64,000 bases of DNA from contig NW_027266264.1 of the NCBI RefSeq assembly GCF_022045235.1, forward strand, positions 80,476,001-80,540,000, given 5' to 3'. This DNA comes from Haliotis cracherodii. Lineage: Eukaryota. This document shows, one piece after another, positions 61,244 to 64,000 of the stretch. Below the pieces are notes generated by a model that ran no database searches, was not told the origin of the DNA, and worked only from the letters and a program-made list of their open reading frames with translations. The position numbers were made by a program, and so were the translations under genes. Numbering within the stretch: the first letter of the stretch is position 1; each line of letters begins with the position of its first letter.

Positions 61244-62821
61244 ATGGGCTCGAAGGTGCATATTATCATATTCGTGTTTGGACTTGCCGCCATTTTGTTT
61301 TTGAATGCAGTCGATTCCATCGATTTTAGTGACGAAAATTTCGGAGCAGACCCCGGATGTAAAGACCCATGGACAACGGAATGGACTAGAGATAACCAAG
61401 ATTGCAGTAAAGTTCATTTCTGTGTACAGGGCAAGAAATACTGGACTATAAACTGCAACGACAGTCGAGTGTGGTCCAATATCGGCCATGCATGCGTGGA
61501 GCCAATGACCCAGTGGGATGACTGCAATCAAGTGATGACCACCCCCGCCATCAGTGAGTACACCAGTAGTTCCATGTATTTAACCATGATTTATTAAAAC
61601 ATGTTTTAACATGGATGATATGAAACAAAATCTAGGACAGTTGTGTGACTGGTGTTGTCGGGTTAATAAGGTCATAACGTGTCTATTCACATGGTTAGCA
61701 TTGTGTCATAAAATAATATTTACAATTTGATAAATATTTTACACCCATTTTGTATTAGTTAGTCCAAGGTACAAGGATATCACTGCCGTTAATATCGTAA
61801 ACATACATACAACATACACTAATAAAAATAAGTTAAGGATCAGCGATTCCTTCATATTACTACAGGGAATCGGTCATGCCACAACAGATTGACTATATAG
61901 TAATATGAAAGAATCGGGTGGTCCTTAACTTTTTCCCCAGTTGTATACATGGACATAAGTTTTGCTGTTACAATTTATTGTTCTTCTAGGTGTGGAATGA
62001 GTTCAACAAAGGTTAAGACTGTTATTAAAGTATCAGAATAAGAATTCCAGTAATAAAATATGCAACAAAATGTAATATTCGTTACGATTCGTTTTGCATA
62101 CTTATAAACAGGCGTTTGGGAAACAAAATATTCATGCGATTTAATAATCGTGGGAAGATATGTTGAATCATTTCCTGCTGGAATCGTTATTAGGTGTACT
62201 CCCGGGATACTCAAAGACGCTAAACATGCCGGCAACCTAATGTTCAAAACAAGGGATAACAAAACATTTTGAAAAACTCATCCGTTTACACATATAACTC
62301 CTAATAGTAAATGAAACCAAAACAACTTTGGTCGCTGAACGAATCTGGCAGCTATCAAGAAAAACAACAATAATCATTTACATGCACATTCCAGGAAGCA
62401 GGTTAGGTTTTATGACGTGTTCTATGAAGTGATTTGTGACTGTGTCCTGTGATGTGTTTAATGACGTGTTTTATGGAGTGTTTTATGACGTGATTTATGA
62501 CGTGTTCTTTGAAGTGATTTGTGACTGTGTTTTATGACGTGTTCTATGAAGTGATTTGTGACTGTGTTCTATGATGTGTTCTTGTCATGATGCAGTGATC
62601 TATCTCTTCCCTAGATGACGAGCGGTGCGTCCTCCCCAGTGGAATGAACCCTGACCCCGACAACTGTGCCCAGTTCCTGGCCTGTACCAACCGGACAGTG
62701 GTGGCCACGATGCAGTGTCCAGAGAACACGCTCTTCTCCACCAAGAACAACACGTGCGATTTGAGTTTCCTCGTGGCTGCTGAGTGTCGTACGAGACTCA
62801 TCCCAGAACACGTCGTTGTTA
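61244..62821 (+). CDS. Secreted peritrophin-A/CBM14 chitin-binding protein, tandem paralogue (copy 2), exons 1-2; exon 3 presumably beyond the window
   Basis: Exons 61244-61553 and 62615-62821 have the same lengths and phases as copy 1 and are near-identical to it. TATA box near 61177. Confidence 0.86.
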
Positions 62822-63096
62822 GTAAGTACACAAACATGCAGCCCCGTGAAGATCCGGGCTAGGGCTGTCTGACTCGCTGATTTGGTGGAAGCTTTTAATT
62901 GTTTCCCAATTGTGTGGATCGATGCTCATGATGTCAATCACTGGATTGTCTGGTTCAGACTCGATTATTTCCAGAACGCCGTCATAAAGCTGAAATATTG
63001 CTGAGAGTTGCGAGAGCCGGAAGAATTTCGTTTTCATTTTGTCTACATGTATATACACCATAGCACATTATTTCTCACGCTCATGACATAAATTGA

Positions 63097-63377
63097 GGGG
63101 GCACGGGTGGCCCAGTCGTCTAAGGCGCCGCGACTCGCTGTGCAGAGTTGCGTCCCCTAGGCACGCCAGAAACCTATGATTGTGGGTTCGAAACCCGGTT
63201 CGCCCCGATTATGTTTCAAGGTTTGTCAGCACCATACCCGTGCTCGTGGGTTTCACCGAAGTGGTAAACGTCTGAGACCTGCATCACTTCGGGCTTTCCT
63301 CCCACATTAAGCTGACACGCCGTGATATAACTGGAATACTGTTAAAAGCGGCGTTAAACCCAACTCACTCACTCACT
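63097..63377 (+). mobile_element. tRNA-derived SINE family C, full length
   Basis: tRNA-Leu-like head, (ACTC)n tail, TSD CATAAATTGA. Confidence 0.85.
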
Positions 63378-63639
63378 CATAAATTGAATTGGGCGGCTAT
63401 ATTAAATAGTAGGGTCTGGGAAGTCTTTGTGGGGTAGCACATGTAGACTCTCCACTAGTGTTGTGTACATGTTACAGTCAATGTAAAAACGTTGGCAATT
63501 TACAAAATGTCTAAAGTTTTCGTTCACTTTACAAACTGATAAAAAAATCGGTCAGTGTTTTCGACAAATTGACGACAATTATCAAGAAGTTCAAAAGGGC
63601 TTACTATCATTACAATATACCAATCATGCAAGGATTATA

Positions 63640-63900
63640 TTGGTTGGTTGTTTTGTTGTTTAACGCCGCGCTCAGCAATATTACAGCTATATGACGGCGG
63701 TCTGTAAATAATCGAGTCTGGACCAGCCAATCCAGTGATTAATATCATGAGCATCGATCCACACAATTGGGATCGATGTCATGCATCAAACCAAGTCAGC
63801 GGGCCTGATCACCCGATCCCGTTAGTCGCCTCTTACGACAAGCATAGTCGCCTTTTACGGCAAGCATGGGTTGCTGAAGACCTATTCTATCCCGGATCTT
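63640..63900 (-). mobile_element. SINE-like family B copy
   Basis: Reverse-complement, near full-length match. Confidence 0.8.
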
Positions 63901-64000
63901 TACGGTTTGGCAAATATTATAAGCCAAAATTGACAATAATAATTTCTTTTAATCCTATTAGATGGTTATGAAATTCAACATCTAAGTCTATGGAATTCGT

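Noticed and set aside
1-64000. CRISPR array or prokaryotic system
   Set aside because: Repeats are head-to-tail without unique spacers, there are no cas genes, and the DNA contains spliceosomal introns.

Overview
This is intron-rich animal genomic DNA, inferred to be molluscan from gene structure and repeat types, with one assembly gap (4147-4433). I reconstructed five protein-coding genes by hand from splice sites and frame continuity. (1) PTAR1, minus strand, exons 1-6; its 3' end lies left of the window. (2) PDCD7/U11-59K, a minor-spliceosome U11 snRNP protein, plus strand, 9 exons, 601 aa, head-to-head with PTAR1 and containing a GC-AG intron. (3) A small uncharacterised 106-aa gene with RFX X-box motifs. 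(4, 5) Two tandem paralogues of a secreted protein with three peritrophin-A/CBM14 chitin-binding domains. The rest is SINEs of several families, MITEs, a 4-kb non-autonomous piggyBac-like element, a Helentron/HINE-like element and many minisatellites; these repeats generate most of the long ORFs in the ORF track. Top finding: PDCD7 intron 3 carries a perfect tandem pair of U12-type 5' splice-site motifs (GTATCCTTT-N6-GTATCCTTT, 16092-16115), 84 nt downstream of a strong unused U2-type acceptor that would splice directly onto an in-frame TAA. This matches the USSE autoregulatory switch known from SNRNP48 and RNPC3, but here it sits in the U11-59K gene. Second theme: several minisatellites derive from exon/intron junctions and multiply splice sites.
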